This document shows positions 1-11,593 of a stretch of DNA of 64,000 nucleotides, in pieces. The stretch spans positions 64,001 to 128,000 of IMG/VR virus record IMGVR_UViG_3300020471_000006, one strand, 5' to 3'. The notes under the pieces were generated by a model. It was given only the letters and a program-made list of their open reading frames with translations. It ran no database searches and had not been told where the DNA came from. Both the position numbers and the translations under genes were made by a program. Numbering within the stretch: the stretch's first letter is position 1; every line of letters starts with the position of its first letter. This DNA comes from a virus. Taxonomy: Duplodnaviria > Caudoviricetes.

Positions 1-3000
1 AAACTAACAGTTAACAATCATGGATTCTCTAATGGTGATTACATCAAGTTAGATGATGAATCTCTAACTCTGACATGTGACCTTGATGGAAACGTAAGTC
101 AGAAAAAATATCCACGGGCAGGATTTGACCCTGTAAGTTCAAGGTGGTTGAAGATTGCTGATAAGACTACCAATACATTTGAAGTCAATGTAGGAATCTC
201 TTCTGATAAGTCAGTACATTCATTTGTATCTGCTGTTGCCAATGGATTACACAGACAGAATGGAACCATCACAGTTAACATTGGTGCTTCACCATTAAGT
301 AACTACACACCTACTGCTGCATCTTATAATGCAGTCACTGGTGATATGGTTCTTACTATTGGAGTACATGATCTACAAAATGGTGAGAAGATTAAGATAG
401 CACCTGATTCATTAACATTCCAGTGTGCTAAAGATGCTAATGCAACTAACCACACATATCCTAGAGTTACTGATCCAGCATACAATAGTGATCTAGAAAT
501 TAAGGATGCTACAACTACAACAATCACAGTTAATGTTGGTGCAGCTGCTGCTAATGATCAGTATGATCATACCTTTGTTAATGCAACTGCTAATGCTATC
601 ATCTACAACCAGAGATATACACATACATTTGTAAATTCTGTTGCTAATGCTGTTCATTTCGAACCAGCATCACCACATACATTTGTAAGTGCTATTGCTA
701 ATTCAATCAAACATTATCCTACTGCTAATCATACATTTGTAAGATCAGTTGCTGGTAATATTCAGAAAGAAACTGGAACATTTACAGTTAATGTAGGTGT
801 TGCTACTCTATCTAATCAGTATCCACACCAATTTAAGAGTGCGTCTGCTGGTGCTATTCAAACTGGTGGTGCATACTTCCATAAGTTTGTTAGTGCAGTA
901 AACAATTCCATACACAAAGTATTTACAGTTGCTGGTAATCAACAGTATCATAATCAAGATTGTATTGATGATGTTGTTGATCTACTTGAAGCAGTTGCTG
1001 ATAACATTGCTTATGGTGGTAATGATAAGACATGGGATGCAGCATACTCATACAAGACTGGTGCTCATGTAGCTGGTGAAGAAGATGAAACCAATTATGT
1101 ATTTGAGCAAGCACGTGAAATGGCTGCTCAAGCACTTAGAAACCAGAAGATTCTTGTTACTGGACATCATGGTCTTCCACAGGTATTTGATAAGAGTATT
1201 ACATTCAATGAGGCTGATCCTCCAACAGATAGATTTGGTGATGCTCGTAACTTAGTTGTTGCTAACAAACTACTCATTGCTGATGAAGCATACGAGAGAA
1301 TGTTGGTACAACATCCTGGATTTGTTCCTCCAACAGGTAACCAACAGGATTGTAAGGATGACATCGTAGACTTCGTTGAAGAAGTTTCATATAACCTAGC
1401 ATATGGTGGTAACGATAGAGTTTGGGAGATGACCGATCTCTATGTACAGGGTATGGTTCAAGAGGTTGCTGGAGAAGAAACACAAACTATCCAAGCACTT
1501 AATCATGCACGTGATTTGATGATTCAAATCGCTAGGAATGAGAACATTGTAACACTTGGTTCTCATGGACGTACACAGGTTAGGGACACTACTATTACTG
1601 GTAGCGTTGCTCCTCATGTAAGTAACAGACATGCTGATGCTAAGAATCTAATCTTGGCTAACGTTGAGTTTGCAGCAGAGGTAGCATTGGGTAGAATGAT
1701 TGCTCAGTTCCCTTCATATTCATGGCAAGCTGGTTACAGTTCTGCTGATTGTTTAGATGATCTTAAAGATGTAGTTAAAGTTGTTGCACATAACACAGGT
1801 TATGGTGGTAACCATAGAGTATGGGATGCTGCTAACCTTTATGTTGCAGGTGCTCATGCTGCTGGATCTGAGAGTGAAACTATCTTTGCATTCAATGCAG
1901 TACGTGACATCATCAAAGAGATTGCTACTAACGTAGAAGTTACTGTTGGTGGTCACACATCATTAACTCAGACAAGAGATCTTACCATTACTAATGGTGT
2001 TACTAATGGAGATTGTAATGTTGTATTGAGTGCTATTGATACTTTAGTTGCTATCTTAACTGGCACAATATCTGATCCAACATCACTACAAGGTATAACA
2101 CGTACAGATTCTGTTGGTCCTTGTGAGGACATGAGATCTGCTGTTGGTGTTCTTACTAAGATTGTAACTGATGCTATTTCAGATCCTAGTACACTATCTG
2201 GTAAGAAGCATACAGTAACTACATCAACTTATGATCCTGCAACTGGTTGGTTAACACTTGATATTGGTAATCATAGTTATACAAATGGAACCAGTGTACA
2301 CATCGTTGATAACTCACTAACATTTACATGTGAGAGAGATAACAACGCAACAAATCATACTTATCCACGTTCAACCGACCCAGCTTCAAACAATGATCCT
2401 ACCATTACTGGCACTACTGCTACCACAATCACGGTTAATGTTGGTGTATCATCTGATACGTCAGTTCATACCTTCGTCAGTGCATCAGAGAAAATCGTAG
2501 TTGGTGGAGTTACAAGAACTCCTTCAGTTGGATCATGTGAAGATGTAAGATCAACACTTAATTCACTATTCAAGATTGTTATTGATACAGTTGAAACACC
2601 AACATCTCTTGATGGTGTAACAAGAACCATTTCTAATGGTGCTTGTCAACAGGTTGCATCTACAATCACAACTCTCTACCAGATAATCACTGGAACTATC
2701 AACTCTGCTTCTTATCTTGACAGTGTTGAAAGGAACCCTGTTCCTCTTGGTCTAGAGTTTGGTCCTTCTATTAATGCTAACGCAACTAGCACTAACTCTT
2801 ACTTACACTTTGAGTTTGCTGATGCAGTATACACAGCTCTTACTAGAACAGTTGACAATACTATCACACAGAATACAACGTATCCTCAGTGTGTTGATCA
2901 AGCAAATGCTATTCGTCAATACTTCGCTAATATTAGCACAATTATCCAAACTGGATTGGGTAGTGTGCCACGTCAACAACCATCACAGTTAACTACATCA

Positions 3001-6000
3001 TTATCATCTAGAGCAACAGTCTTTACATTGACACAAGGAGCTGGTGCTAACCCACATGATCTTGAGACAGGTACACCAATTAGATTGGTTCCACGTCCAC
3101 GTTATGATACACAAACCAATTCTTATGTTGATGTTGATAAGCGTTTCGTTAGACTTCCTAATGGATTTGCTACGAACGAAACATATTATGTAATTGCTCC
3201 TGCAAGGAATACACAACCAGAAAATTATTCTGCTAATGCTGTATTCAATGGAAGTGATCAAACTAAATTAATGCTTGCAAGCAGCAAAGAGAATGCTGCT
3301 GCTGGTATCTACCTACACTCTGCTGAAGTAGAAGATATACATCCAGACATAGAGATTGATCTATATCAATTTGTTCTTGATGATAACTATGATCTACATC
3401 AATATGGTTGTGTACTTGATGGTGTAAGTAATACAAACATCCGTACAGATGTTCCACACATCTTTGATGTTCCATTCTCTAACATTACTGGACATACAGT
3501 ATTCTTTAGAGAAAGAGAAGGTGGTGCTTTACCTCTAGTTGGTGCAGCATATGCTAGTGATACTACTGTTGCAGATAGTCAAGGTAGACTACTAGGTAAC
3601 AGGTACTTCTTTGCTAGGTATCAAACAGAGAAAGTCTTTACTATCCATAAGACTAAGAGTGATGCAGAGCAAGGTGTTAACCCAATAACATATCAACCAG
3701 GTACTTACGACTTTAACGTATTTGCTAACAAGCGTCAGTCTCCAATGAGATTTGATCCAGCGTTTGTTAATCCTAATACTAACCCAGTAATATATGGTAA
3801 GTGGTACTTACAGGTTGAGAATAGCAACAATACAGATCAAATCATCAAGAGACTTAGAGAGTATGCTGATGGTATTGATAAGACAAATGATTCTTGGTTC
3901 GAGAGAATTAAGGATGAGAGACCTGCTAACGATAGACTATATCGTTTACGTTATGTTATACCTCAGTACTTACAATCTGTTCGTGATCCACTTAACGGAT
4001 TTACTATTAAGACAAGGACTGATGAAACTAGAAGAATAGTACCTCAGAAGATAAGTCTTAAGCCTGTCTCTGGTGGTACAACTAAGGCACGTTTCTCTAA
4101 CCCAGTACAATCTAATGAGTACATTGGATATACTAAGCAAGAGTTCATTTCTAATAGTCTTAATGAAGAGATTGCATACGATCCATACAAGAAGGATGTC
4201 GTAGGTAATACACAGTTTAAGAAAGTTATTACAACACAGAACTATATCTCTATGACTATTCAGTCTGGTAGATATGTTCAGACTGGTGGATTAACTGACT
4301 ACTTAGAACTAACTGTGTTTGAACATGGTGTTACTAATCCTGCATTACTTAACACTAAGTTTAATACTATTAAGATTACTGCACCTCAAGGTGGATCATT
4401 CACTGCTAACAAGACACAATCTGTAGAAGGTAACAAGGTCGAGTGGGCTGGTAATTCTAGTGGTTATGGTTATCTACATGCCATCATGAATGTACCTGGT
4501 ACTACTACATGGCACATGATCCTTAAGGATGTTGTTGGTAAGATTGACTATGATGCTATTGACAACACAAGGTTCAGTCAGGGTACAGCATTCGCTGATC
4601 TACTTGCTGATGCTGACATGGGTAAGTCATTGGTACTTAAGGATCTTATTAAGAAAGAATATCCTGAATTCTATTACAGACAGAATGGTGCTGGTGTTTA
4701 TACTATCACACCAGGTGATATTATTGAAGACGACGCAAGTATCCAATACTATGTTGAGTCAGTAGAAGATGTTGGTCAGATTGATGACACATTCTATGTC
4801 TTCAATACACAAGAGATTCAGAAACGTATCTATGGTCAGCAAGATGGTATCTATTATCTAACTGCTGTTCGTGGTAACATTTCACCACTACCTCAAGGTG
4901 CTGGTAACTTAGGTAACTTCAGGAACTTTAAGTTCTCCCAGCCTATCTCCTCACTATATCCATTAAACTATAAGAACGATCCTCTCTGGTATCAGCAGTT
5001 GGATGCAACATTAGTTGATCCACCTCAGACATACTCTGCTGCTGATAACTATGTTCATGGTCTTGTAAGAGTTAATGACTTCAAGGGTTCACTAACTCAA
5101 GAGAGTGTCATTGATCTAATTAAGAACAATGCATTCGGAGACAATACTTATACACAAGTATCTTCTGTAGTTGATAATAGAATCAGAGCACAGAAGGGTA
5201 ACGCTGCTTCTGGATCTGAAGATAGATTAATTCCTATCGCTGGTGATAGTACAGTCGTAGCAGATCAACGATACTATGTTGAACTTCGAAGACCATCTAT
5301 CGCAAGAGCTGGTAACCACACGTTTGAATATCTTGGTTTTGGTCCAGGTAACTACTCAACTGGTCTACCTCAACGTCAAGAGGTTGTACTCACAGAGATA
5401 CAAGACTTCTATGCTCAGTCTAAGAAGCAAGATGGTGGTTTAGTATTCTACACTGGTCTTAACTCAAATGGTGACCTATACATTGGTAACCGTAAGATTG
5501 ATGCTATTACTGGTGAGGAAGTATTCCTTGAGTCTGCAACATTACAAGATTCTGGTGATGATGACGAGACACTAGGTAATCTAGTTACAACGTTTGATAC
5601 TCCTGTTACATTTAATGAGTACATCACTGTTAATGGTGGTGAGGCTCAGGATAAGAGAAGTACATTTAACTCACCAGTTCTAATTAATGTTCTTGGAACT
5701 GTTAGAAACAATCCTGCGTTGGTAATTTCTTCCTTCGTTGATCCTGCTATTGATGATGGTTCTCTTGATAGATCAGCATTCGTCAGAAATGTCGAAACTG
5801 GTGGTGATGTTGTCATTGCTAGGAATAAAATTTCCGCAGCAATTTTCCAGTTCAATAGTCGCAGAGATGGTCAGGGATACAAGATTCTGACACATATTAC
5901 AGGTGCTACACCTTCTAACATTACTCCTGATCAAACTGGTGCATTTAATGCAAGTCAGATTGTTTCTTATGGTAATGCAGGTGCTCCTGATTCTGGTGAC

Positions 6001-9000
6001 ATGCTCCTTAAGGGTGGAAGTATTGGTAAGTCTGGATCACTTGGTTGGATCTATTCAAACTACTACACTACAATTGGTAATGCTGTTCCTGAATCCCTTG
6101 CATTTAATAACACTAACGTTATTACACTTACATGGGCTACATTAACAAACCAGCAACTTGGTATTACATCAGCTTCTGAACTTAGATTCAGTGGATTCTC
6201 CGATCCTGACTTTAATGGTACATGGCAAGTTATATCCAATGGATTTAATCCTGCTGCTAATACATTACAGTTTGCTATCGGTGCAACTAAAAACACTGTT
6301 AATAATCAGAACCCAAGAATGTGGTCTGATGAAGTTGCAGCTAATGCTAATATCACAATTGAATACTCCAATTCCAACTGGAAAGAGTGGGGTGTTATTG
6401 GTGCTGAAGCAATTAGAACAGAGACTGATGCTATTGGTGATTACAAACTTGGTATTAACACAGTTGGTAGATCAGATAAAGCATCTTACAGTGAAAACTT
6501 TGTTGATGCTAAGACAAACCCACGTGCAAACCTTGATGTTGTTGGTACTGCATTCATTAGTGGTAAGAAAATCACTGACTATGCATCACATGCAACTGAT
6601 GCTACTAGAACATATCAAGATCGTACTGATGCATTCATGGTTGGTGGAGATTCTTCCTCACCAACAGATGAGTCAACCTTCAGAGTTTCTACCGCTAACG
6701 GTGGACGTGTTGGTGTTAATGTAACTGATGCTGAATTAGATAGATCATTAGTTGTTGATGGTGAGTCTAGGTTCACTGGTGATGCTAGGTTCGAAGAAGA
6801 TATTGAAATCAATGGTGGTGGTGGAGCTAATACTGCACAGATTAGAACATCTATTACTACAGGTAAGGTACAATTCTTCCCTAATGCTGGTGGAACTCCG
6901 TTCACTGGTGAAGTAGAGATTGCACCACTTGGTACTAGTATTAAGATTGCAGATGCAACTCCATCTGATCAGTTTATCAAGATAGGTAACTTCTCATTCC
7001 ATAGTAATATTGACATTGGTTTCACACCTACAATGTCTACCAATATCTCTAAGGTGCAGATAGGTGGTGCTTATGAGAATAACGAATCATTATCATATAC
7101 ACTTATAGGTACTAAGTCATTCAAGACTAAGGGAGACTTCCAGTTAGGTACAGTTAGAGGACTACTTGACACTGTTAAGTTGACATCTACTGCTGGAACT
7201 GTTGAGTTCTTTGCTGGTAACTCTGCTACATCTAAACTTGACTTTGCTACCAATGCTTCTGAGATCACAATCGCTGGTAAAGGTGGTAAGACTACAGTTA
7301 GAAACAACCTAGTAGTTGATTCTACTGCTAGATTTAACTCTGACATCACACTTTGTGGTGGATTTGCATCTTACTCATTCACAGCATACAGAGCACAGCA
7401 AGGATCTACTGCATTCGCTCATGCTAGTGGAGATCTAGGTAACAATATCTTCAACAGTAATGTTGATTTGATTGAAGTTAAGAGACTCGTTAATACTGAT
7501 GAGAACTACAACGCAATTGATACAGCTGGTACTGGTGATTGGGGTGGATCTGTATTCCAGAATCCAATTACACAGATTGCTGGAACTGTTGAACCTCTAA
7601 CTCTAACAGGTTTGAGTGGTGATCAATATTACTTACCACTTAAGAATCGTCCATACGATTCTAATGGTACTCAGTATATTAATGAGCAAGATATATTACT
7701 CATTGATACTGATGATTCAGGTGGTACTAAGCATCCAGAATTTGTTAAAGTTATTTCTCTTCCAAGAATTAACGTTGCACCTTACTGGATCGTAGTTGAA
7801 AGACTACCATTTGGTACATTCACTGCTACTAGATCTGATCATCCAGATACTACTGCTATCTACAAGTGTACAGTACAGTATAATGCTACTTGGACTACTA
7901 CAACTATAGATGATGCAGGTACTGAGGACAATGTATACCTAGCACAGTTCGGTGGTAATATTGAACTTGGTGATTATATAATCATTGATCGTAAAGATAC
8001 AACTAACCCTGCTAATGGTATCTTTGATCAAGGTGAGGTATTCAAGGTCAAGGTTCTTCTATCTCAGGTTGCTAAGAAACTATCCATTAAGAATGGTTGT
8101 GATACAGCACAAGAAGAAACAGTCTTTGAAGTTGATTCAACAACTGGTGACATAGTTGCTGGTTCAGGTGGTACTACTATAATCAAGGGTACATTTAACC
8201 TTCAAGGTAGTTGTTCAACACCATATACTAACTCAACTACCAATAAGAAGTTAAGTATAACAAATGGTTCTGCCATTAAGACCTTCGAGGTTGACACTTG
8301 TACAGGTGACACAACAATTGGTAACCATCATGGTACAGTCTTCATGCTTGCTGAACAGTATGGTACATCACCTGCTGCATACACTAAGGGTGTTGATGAA
8401 GTACACGTTTACAGACATAATCCAATGTCTGAAATCTCTGGTGGTCCTCTATCAACACTTGCTGCTGCTGTTGTTACTGCAACATCTAACATTGAAATTC
8501 AAGGTAACCTAACATCATTCACTAAGGGTGATCTGGTTGCACTTTATACCACAGCATCTATTGAAATCATTCAAATTACTGATGATCCTTACACAGGTAC
8601 AGGTGGTGAGTTAATTCTACCAACGGCATCTAATGCTGAATATAGTAACGGTGGTAGAGGAATGGAAGGCACTAGTGCTCAAGCATTCTCTATTGGTGCT
8701 AACCTTGTTAAGTTAGACAAGTATGATAGGACTACCACACTCTTACATGATGTTCCTGCATTGCAGGCTGATAGAGCAACAGAACTCAAGGCTAGAACAC
8801 CTAACACGAGTGATATTAGACTTGAAATCTCACTTGCTGATGCTGATCTAATTGCTCCTAAACTTGATTATGTAACTCTTGTAAGAATAGGATCTGAATT
8901 CTTCTTACCTGATTCTGTTGATGGAACACTTGATGCATTCTATGCGATCAAGATGCCTAAGCAGATCAGAGAACCTAATAATGTAGGTACTACACCTGTC

Positions 9001-9927
9001 AAACTATTTGGTGGTGGATCCACAACGATCAATCAAGATCTTGAGGTTATCAGTGGTGCTGTTAGAATGTATGGTTCTGATGGTAAGACTCTGGTCATGT
9101 CCATCGCTAACGATGATGGTCACTCAGGTGATGGATCACTAGAAGATCCTAAGACAGATACTGCTGGTCTTACACTTAAGGGTGCTGCTGCATTCTACGG
9201 TGATCTTAAGATTTACTATGATAACTGTCAGATGCATGGAGTCTGTTCAACTGAGACTTCATTCAGAGTTACCAACAGAGAAGGTAACGTCTTGATGGGT
9301 GAAACCTTCTATCAGGCTGGTAAAGTATTATCTGTTGAATCAGCAATTGATCCTATATTCCATATAGATAACTTAGGTGCTGCTGGTGCTGGTGGAACTG
9401 AAGGTCCAAAAGACTTTAAGATCTATCAGAACAATGCTATTGATTCATTCGGTATTGAGAAATACTGGACTGCTGGTGGTGGTAGAAGACACACTTATGT
9501 TGCCTTTGATCCTGGAACTGGTATTGGTCAACAGCAAGACAATTCACTTCAGGTTAACCAAAACTATATGATTAATGCAGCTTCTGGTGCTAACATGGTT
9601 CTATACCTACCAGATAATGCACAGACAGGTGATATGATTAGATTCATTGAACTTAGTGGTAACCTAACATATAATACAAGTTTGATATTACGAGCCAAGA
9701 AAGCAAATAATGTATCGGTAGCGATTCAAGGTGATTCAACTGGTTCGAGGATTGCTGCTGGTTCTGGACAAACATTATCAACAGCATGGGATTCAGGTGA
9801 ATTAATTATACAGACACGCAACGCATCGTTCGGTCTAGTTTACGCTGGTACTGTTGACGTTGAGGGTTCTGCATCTGCACAGACCATTCCTCCAGCACTA
9901 AGAGGATGGTGGTTAATAGAACTATAA
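1..9927 (+). CDS. Giant virion structural/fibre-like protein, 5'-truncated by the window
   Basis: Frame is open from base 1 (KLTVNNHGFSNGDYIKLDDESLTLTC...) so the TTG at 148 is not the real start; >3300 codons, T/G/N-rich, internal repeats, ends GWWLIEL; sits upstream of tail-collar genes. Confidence 0.85.
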   Translation, partial: KLTVNNHGFSNGDYIKLDDESLTLTCDLDGNVSQKKYPRAGFDPVSSRWLKIADKTTNTFEVNVGISSDKSVHSFVSAVANGLHRQNGTITVNIGASPLSNYTPTAASYNAVTGDMVLTIGVHDLQNGEKIKIAPDSLTFQCAKDANATNHTYPRVTDPAYNSDLEIKDATTTTITVNVGAAAANDQYDHTFVNATANAIIYNQRYTHTFVNSVANAVHFEPASPHTFVSAIANSIKHYPTANHTFVRSVAGNIQKETGTFTVNVGVATLSNQYPHQFKSASAGAIQTGGAYFHKFVSAVNNSIHKVFTVAGNQQYHNQDCIDDVVDLLEAVADNIAYGGNDKTWDAAYSYKTGAHVAGEEDETNYVFEQAREMAAQALRNQKILVTGHHGLPQVFDKSITFNEADPPTDRFGDARNLVVANKLLIADEAYERMLVQHPGFVPPTGNQQDCKDDIVDFVEEVSYNLAYGGNDRVWEMTDLYVQGMVQEVAGEETQTIQALNHARDLMIQIARNENIVTLGSHGRTQVRDTTITGSVAPHVSNRHADAKNLILANVEFAAEVALGRMIAQFPSYSWQAGYSSADCLDDLKDVVKVVAHNTGYGGNHRVWDAANLYVAGAHAAGSESETIFAFNAVRDIIKEIATNVEVTVGGHTSLTQTRDLTITNGVTNGDCNVVLSAIDTLVAILTGTISDPTSLQGITRTDSVGPCEDMRSAVGVLTKIVTDAISDPSTLSGKKHTVTTSTYDPATGWLTLDIGNHSYTNGTSVHIVDNSLTFTCERDNNATNHTYPRSTDPASNNDPTITGTTATTITVNVGVSSDTSVHTFVSASEKIVVGGVTRTPSVGSCEDVRSTLNSLFKIVIDTVETPTSLDGVTRTISNGACQQVASTITTLYQIITGTINSASYLDSVERNPVPLGLEFGPSINANATSTNSYLHFEFADAVYTALTRTVDNTITQNTTYPQCVDQANAIRQYFANISTIIQTGLGSVPRQQPSQLTTSLSSRATVFTLTQGAGANPHDLETGTPIRLVPRPRYDTQTNSYVDVDKRFVRLPNGFATNETYYVIAPARNTQPENYSANAVFNGSDQTKLMLASSKENAAAGIYLHSAEVEDIHPDIEIDLYQFVLDDNYDLHQYGCVLDGVSNTNIRTDVPHIFDVPFSNITGHTVFFREREGGALPLVGAAYASDTTVADSQGRLLGNRYFFARYQTEKVFTIHKTKSDAEQGVNPITYQPGTYDFNVFANKRQSPMRFDPAFVNPNTNPVIYGKWYLQVENSNNTDQIIKRLREYADGIDKTNDSWFERIKDERPANDRLYRLRYVIPQYLQSVRDPLNGFTIKTRTDETRRIVPQKISLKPVSGGTTKARFSNPVQSNEYIGYTKQEFISNSLNEEIAYDPYKKDVVGNTQFKKVITTQNYISMTIQSGRYVQTGGLTDYLELTVFEHGVTNPALLNTKFNTIKITAPQGGSFTANKTQSVEGNKVEWAGNSSGYGYLHAIMNVPGTTTWHMILKDVVGKIDYDAIDNTRFSQGTAFADLLADADMGKSLVLKDLIKKEYPEFYYRQNGAGVYTITPGDIIEDDASIQYYVESVEDVGQIDDTFYVFNTQEIQKRIYGQQDGIYYLTAVRGNISPLPQGAGNLGNFRNFKFSQPISSLYPLNYKNDPLWYQQLDATLVDPPQTYSAADNYVHGLVRVNDFKGSLTQESVIDLIKNNAFGDNTYTQVSSVVDNRIRAQKGNAASGSEDRLIPIAGDSTVVADQRYYVELRRPSIARAGNHTFEYLGFGPGNYSTGLPQRQEVVLTEIQDFYAQSKKQDGGLVFYTGLNSNGDLYIGNRKIDAITGEEVFLESATLQDSGDDDETLGNLVTTFDTPVTFNEYITVNGGEAQDKRSTFNSPVLINVLGTVRNNPALVISSFVDPAIDDGSLDRSAFVRNVETGGDVVIARNKISAAIFQFNSRRDGQGYKILTHITGATPSNITPDQTGAFNASQIVSYGNAGAPDSGDMLLKGGSIGKSGSLGWIYSNYYTTIGNAVPESLAFNNTNVITLTWATLTNQQLGITSASELRFSGFSDPDFNGTWQVISNGFNPAANTLQFAIGATKNTVNNQNPRMWSDEVAANANITIEYSNSNWKEWGVIGAEAIRTETDAIGDYKLGINTVGRSDKASYSENFVDAKTNPRANLDVVGTAFISGKKITDYASHATDATRTYQDRTDAFMVGGDSSSPTDESTFRVSTANGGRVGVNVTDAELDRSLVVDGESRFTGDARFEEDIEINGGGGANTAQIRTSITTGKVQFFPNAGGTPFTGEVEIAPLGTSIKIADATPSDQFIKIGNFSFHSNIDIGFTPTMSTNISKVQIGGAYENNESLSYTLIGTKSFKTKGDFQLGTVRGLLDTVKLTSTAGTVEFFAGNSATSKLDFATNASEITIAGKGGKTTVRNNLVVDSTARFNSDITLCGGFASYSFTAYRAQQGSTAFAHASGDLGNNIFNSNVDLIEVKRLVNTDENYNAIDTAGTGDWGGSVFQNPITQIAGTVEPLTLTGLSGDQYYLPLKNRPYDSNGTQYINEQDILLIDTDDSGGTKHPEFVKVISLPRINVAPYWIVVERLPFGTFTATRSDHPDTTAIYKCTVQYNATWTTTTIDDAGTEDNVYLAQFGGNIELGDYIIIDRKDTTNPANGIFDQGEVFKVKVLLSQVAKKLSIKNGCDTAQEETVFEVDSTTGDIVAGSGGTTIIKGTFNLQGSCSTPYTNSTTNKKLSITNGSAIKTFEVDTCTGDTTIGNHHGTVFMLAEQYGTSPAAYTKGVDEVHVYRHNPMSEISGGPLSTLAAAVVTATSNIEIQGNLTSFTKGDLVALYTTASIEIIQITDDPYTGTGGELILPTASNAEYSNGGRGMEGTSAQAFSIGANLVKLDKYDRTTTLLHDVPALQADRATELKARTPNTSDIRLEISLADADLIAPKLDYVTLVRIGSEFFLPDSVDGTLDAFYAIKMPKQIREPNNVGTTPVKLFGGGSTTINQDLEVISGAVRMYGSDGKTLVMSIANDDGHSGDGSLEDPKTDTAGLTLKGAAAFYGDLKIYYDNCQMHGVCSTETSFRVTNREGNVLMGETFYQAGKVLSVESAIDPIFHIDNLGAAGAGGTEGPKDFKIYQNNAIDSFGIEKYWTAGGGRRHTYVAFDPGTGIGQQQDNSLQVNQNYMINAASGANMVLYLPDNAQTGDMIRFIELSGNLTYNTSLILRAKKANNVSVAIQGDSTGSRIAAGSGQTLSTAWDSGELIIQTRNASFGLVYAGTVDVEGSASAQTIPPALRGWWLIEL
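940..1935 (+). repeat. Three ~105-aa helical repeats in the giant protein
   Basis: Motif DC-x-DD...N-x-(A/G)YGGN-x3-W...(V/A)AG-x-E-x-(E/Q)T...(A/V)R in copies QDCIDDVVDLLEAVADNIAYGGNDKTW, QDCKDDIVDFVEEVSYNLAYGGNDRVW, ADCLDDLKDVVKVVAHNTGYGGNHRVW. Confidence 0.85.
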
Positions 9928-9931
9928 AGAC

Positions 9932-11593
9932 ATGACTGCACTCTACGATTCTATCAAAAGTATGAGAACTGCAAAGGTAGGAACTATCCTACCTTGGGGT
10001 GGTGATGGAGGAAATGGTTTCCTTGCTTCTAATATACCTAAAGGGTGGATAGTTTGTTCAGGACAAACAATAAAAGCTTCTGAATATCCATTGTTAGCAG
10101 CAAATTTAGGTGACACCTATGGTGGTAGTATGACTGATGCTCAAGGAGATGATTATCCATTTCCTTATTATGGTTATGATAATGCTACGTTTAGATTACC
10201 TCAACTTTCTAGTACTGCTTTAGTTGATTTGGAGAACACTGATCTTAATCAAACAAAGTATCAAATGAATCAGAATGATGCTCAATCTGTAGTAGGTTCT
10301 TTAGTTTCTGATTATGGTGAGACAACGCCAATTAGTTCAACTTATGAAGCAACTTCTGATATTGATTTCACACTTAATATAGCTGGTAACTTATACTTTA
10401 AGTTCACTGATATAACTTTATTTCAACCTGATTTTGTTGAGACAATATACACATTAAATCGTAAGTTGGGTATTAATCATACTCCTGCACATAGTCATTC
10501 TGATAGAATCACTTCTGTTAACGCAAACCCTACAGGTGTGTTTGTATTCAGAACAGATTCAGGTGTTGAAATGACTGGTTCAACACAGACTACTTGTATG
10601 AATGAGGGACCAAAAGAATGTGTATTGATAGATGATAATCCAACAACATGGCAAGAAGGTGCTACAAGTCTAACATTCTATGGTGATGCAACTCATGAAC
10701 ATACTCTACCACGTTGTGATGGTTTTCAAGAGTTTATACAGGACAGTTCTAATAAAGACTACTGGGGTTTTGTACCTGCTGGTGCTAATAGCTGGCGTAC
10801 AAATGCTAGTGATAGAGGATCTGGACATGCTAGTACAACATACACACAAAATATTTTCAGTAGAGGATTTACTGATGCGTTAAATGCTACTATACCAGTA
10901 GATACACATAAAACTCCATGTCATACTGGATATTATCCTAGACCAATGGAATATAGATCTAGACCAAACTTCTATGGGTATGAAACAGGATCACCAGTAA
11001 GATCTGATGGTTTGGTAGACGATCCTGAGACTGCACCAGTGTTTAGTGTTACTGGTTGTATATTAGATGGTACTAGTAAAATTATATTACCTGCTGGTAC
11101 TGATCTTAGGAGAACTTATGGTACTGCACCAGATACATGGCAACAATGGGATAAAATAGTTCCTTTAATGTATGTTACACCAGTTAATGTTGATGATAAG
11201 TATGATGTATTAAAAGAAGGTACATTTATTCAAACAATGGAACCTGCTGCTGATCTTGGTACTAATCCTACACCACAGTGGGAAGTTACTCTTAATGTAA
11301 GTACACTAGTAACTGGTACATTTGATCTTAAGTTCAGGCATGGTGCATGGCCATGTTCATTGAATCAAGGTGCTACAAATAAAAATCCTCTTGAAACTGC
11401 TTTCAGAGCACATAATCATGGTAGTTTTGAAATTGCTCAGGGTATAGGATCAATGGCTGGTCCTCCATCACATACTGCTGCCAATGCAGATGGTTCTGCA
11501 TTACAAGCACAAAGTTTAGAAAATGCTCTAAATATTTCATGTGATACTACACAACCTTCATTAACTATGACATTTATCATAAAGGCATACTAA
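9932..11593 (+). CDS. Tail-collar-domain fibre/baseplate protein 1
   Basis: N-terminal VGTILPWGG...IPKGWIVCSGQ...YPLLAANLGDTYGG...FRLP collar signature, HxH motifs, C-terminal QPSLTMTFIIKAY. Confidence 0.8.
   Translation: MTALYDSIKSMRTAKVGTILPWGGDGGNGFLASNIPKGWIVCSGQTIKASEYPLLAANLGDTYGGSMTDAQGDDYPFPYYGYDNATFRLPQLSSTALVDLENTDLNQTKYQMNQNDAQSVVGSLVSDYGETTPISSTYEATSDIDFTLNIAGNLYFKFTDITLFQPDFVETIYTLNRKLGINHTPAHSHSDRITSVNANPTGVFVFRTDSGVEMTGSTQTTCMNEGPKECVLIDDNPTTWQEGATSLTFYGDATHEHTLPRCDGFQEFIQDSSNKDYWGFVPAGANSWRTNASDRGSGHASTTYTQNIFSRGFTDALNATIPVDTHKTPCHTGYYPRPMEYRSRPNFYGYETGSPVRSDGLVDDPETAPVFSVTGCILDGTSKIILPAGTDLRRTYGTAPDTWQQWDKIVPLMYVTPVNVDDKYDVLKEGTFIQTMEPAADLGTNPTPQWEVTLNVSTLVTGTFDLKFRHGAWPCSLNQGATNKNPLETAFRAHNHGSFEIAQGIGSMAGPPSHTAANADGSALQAQSLENALNISCDTTQPSLTMTFIIKAY

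Noticed and set aside
148-150. TTG start assigned to the giant ORF
   Set aside because: The frame is open back to base 1 and continues the same repeat, so the gene starts upstream of the window.
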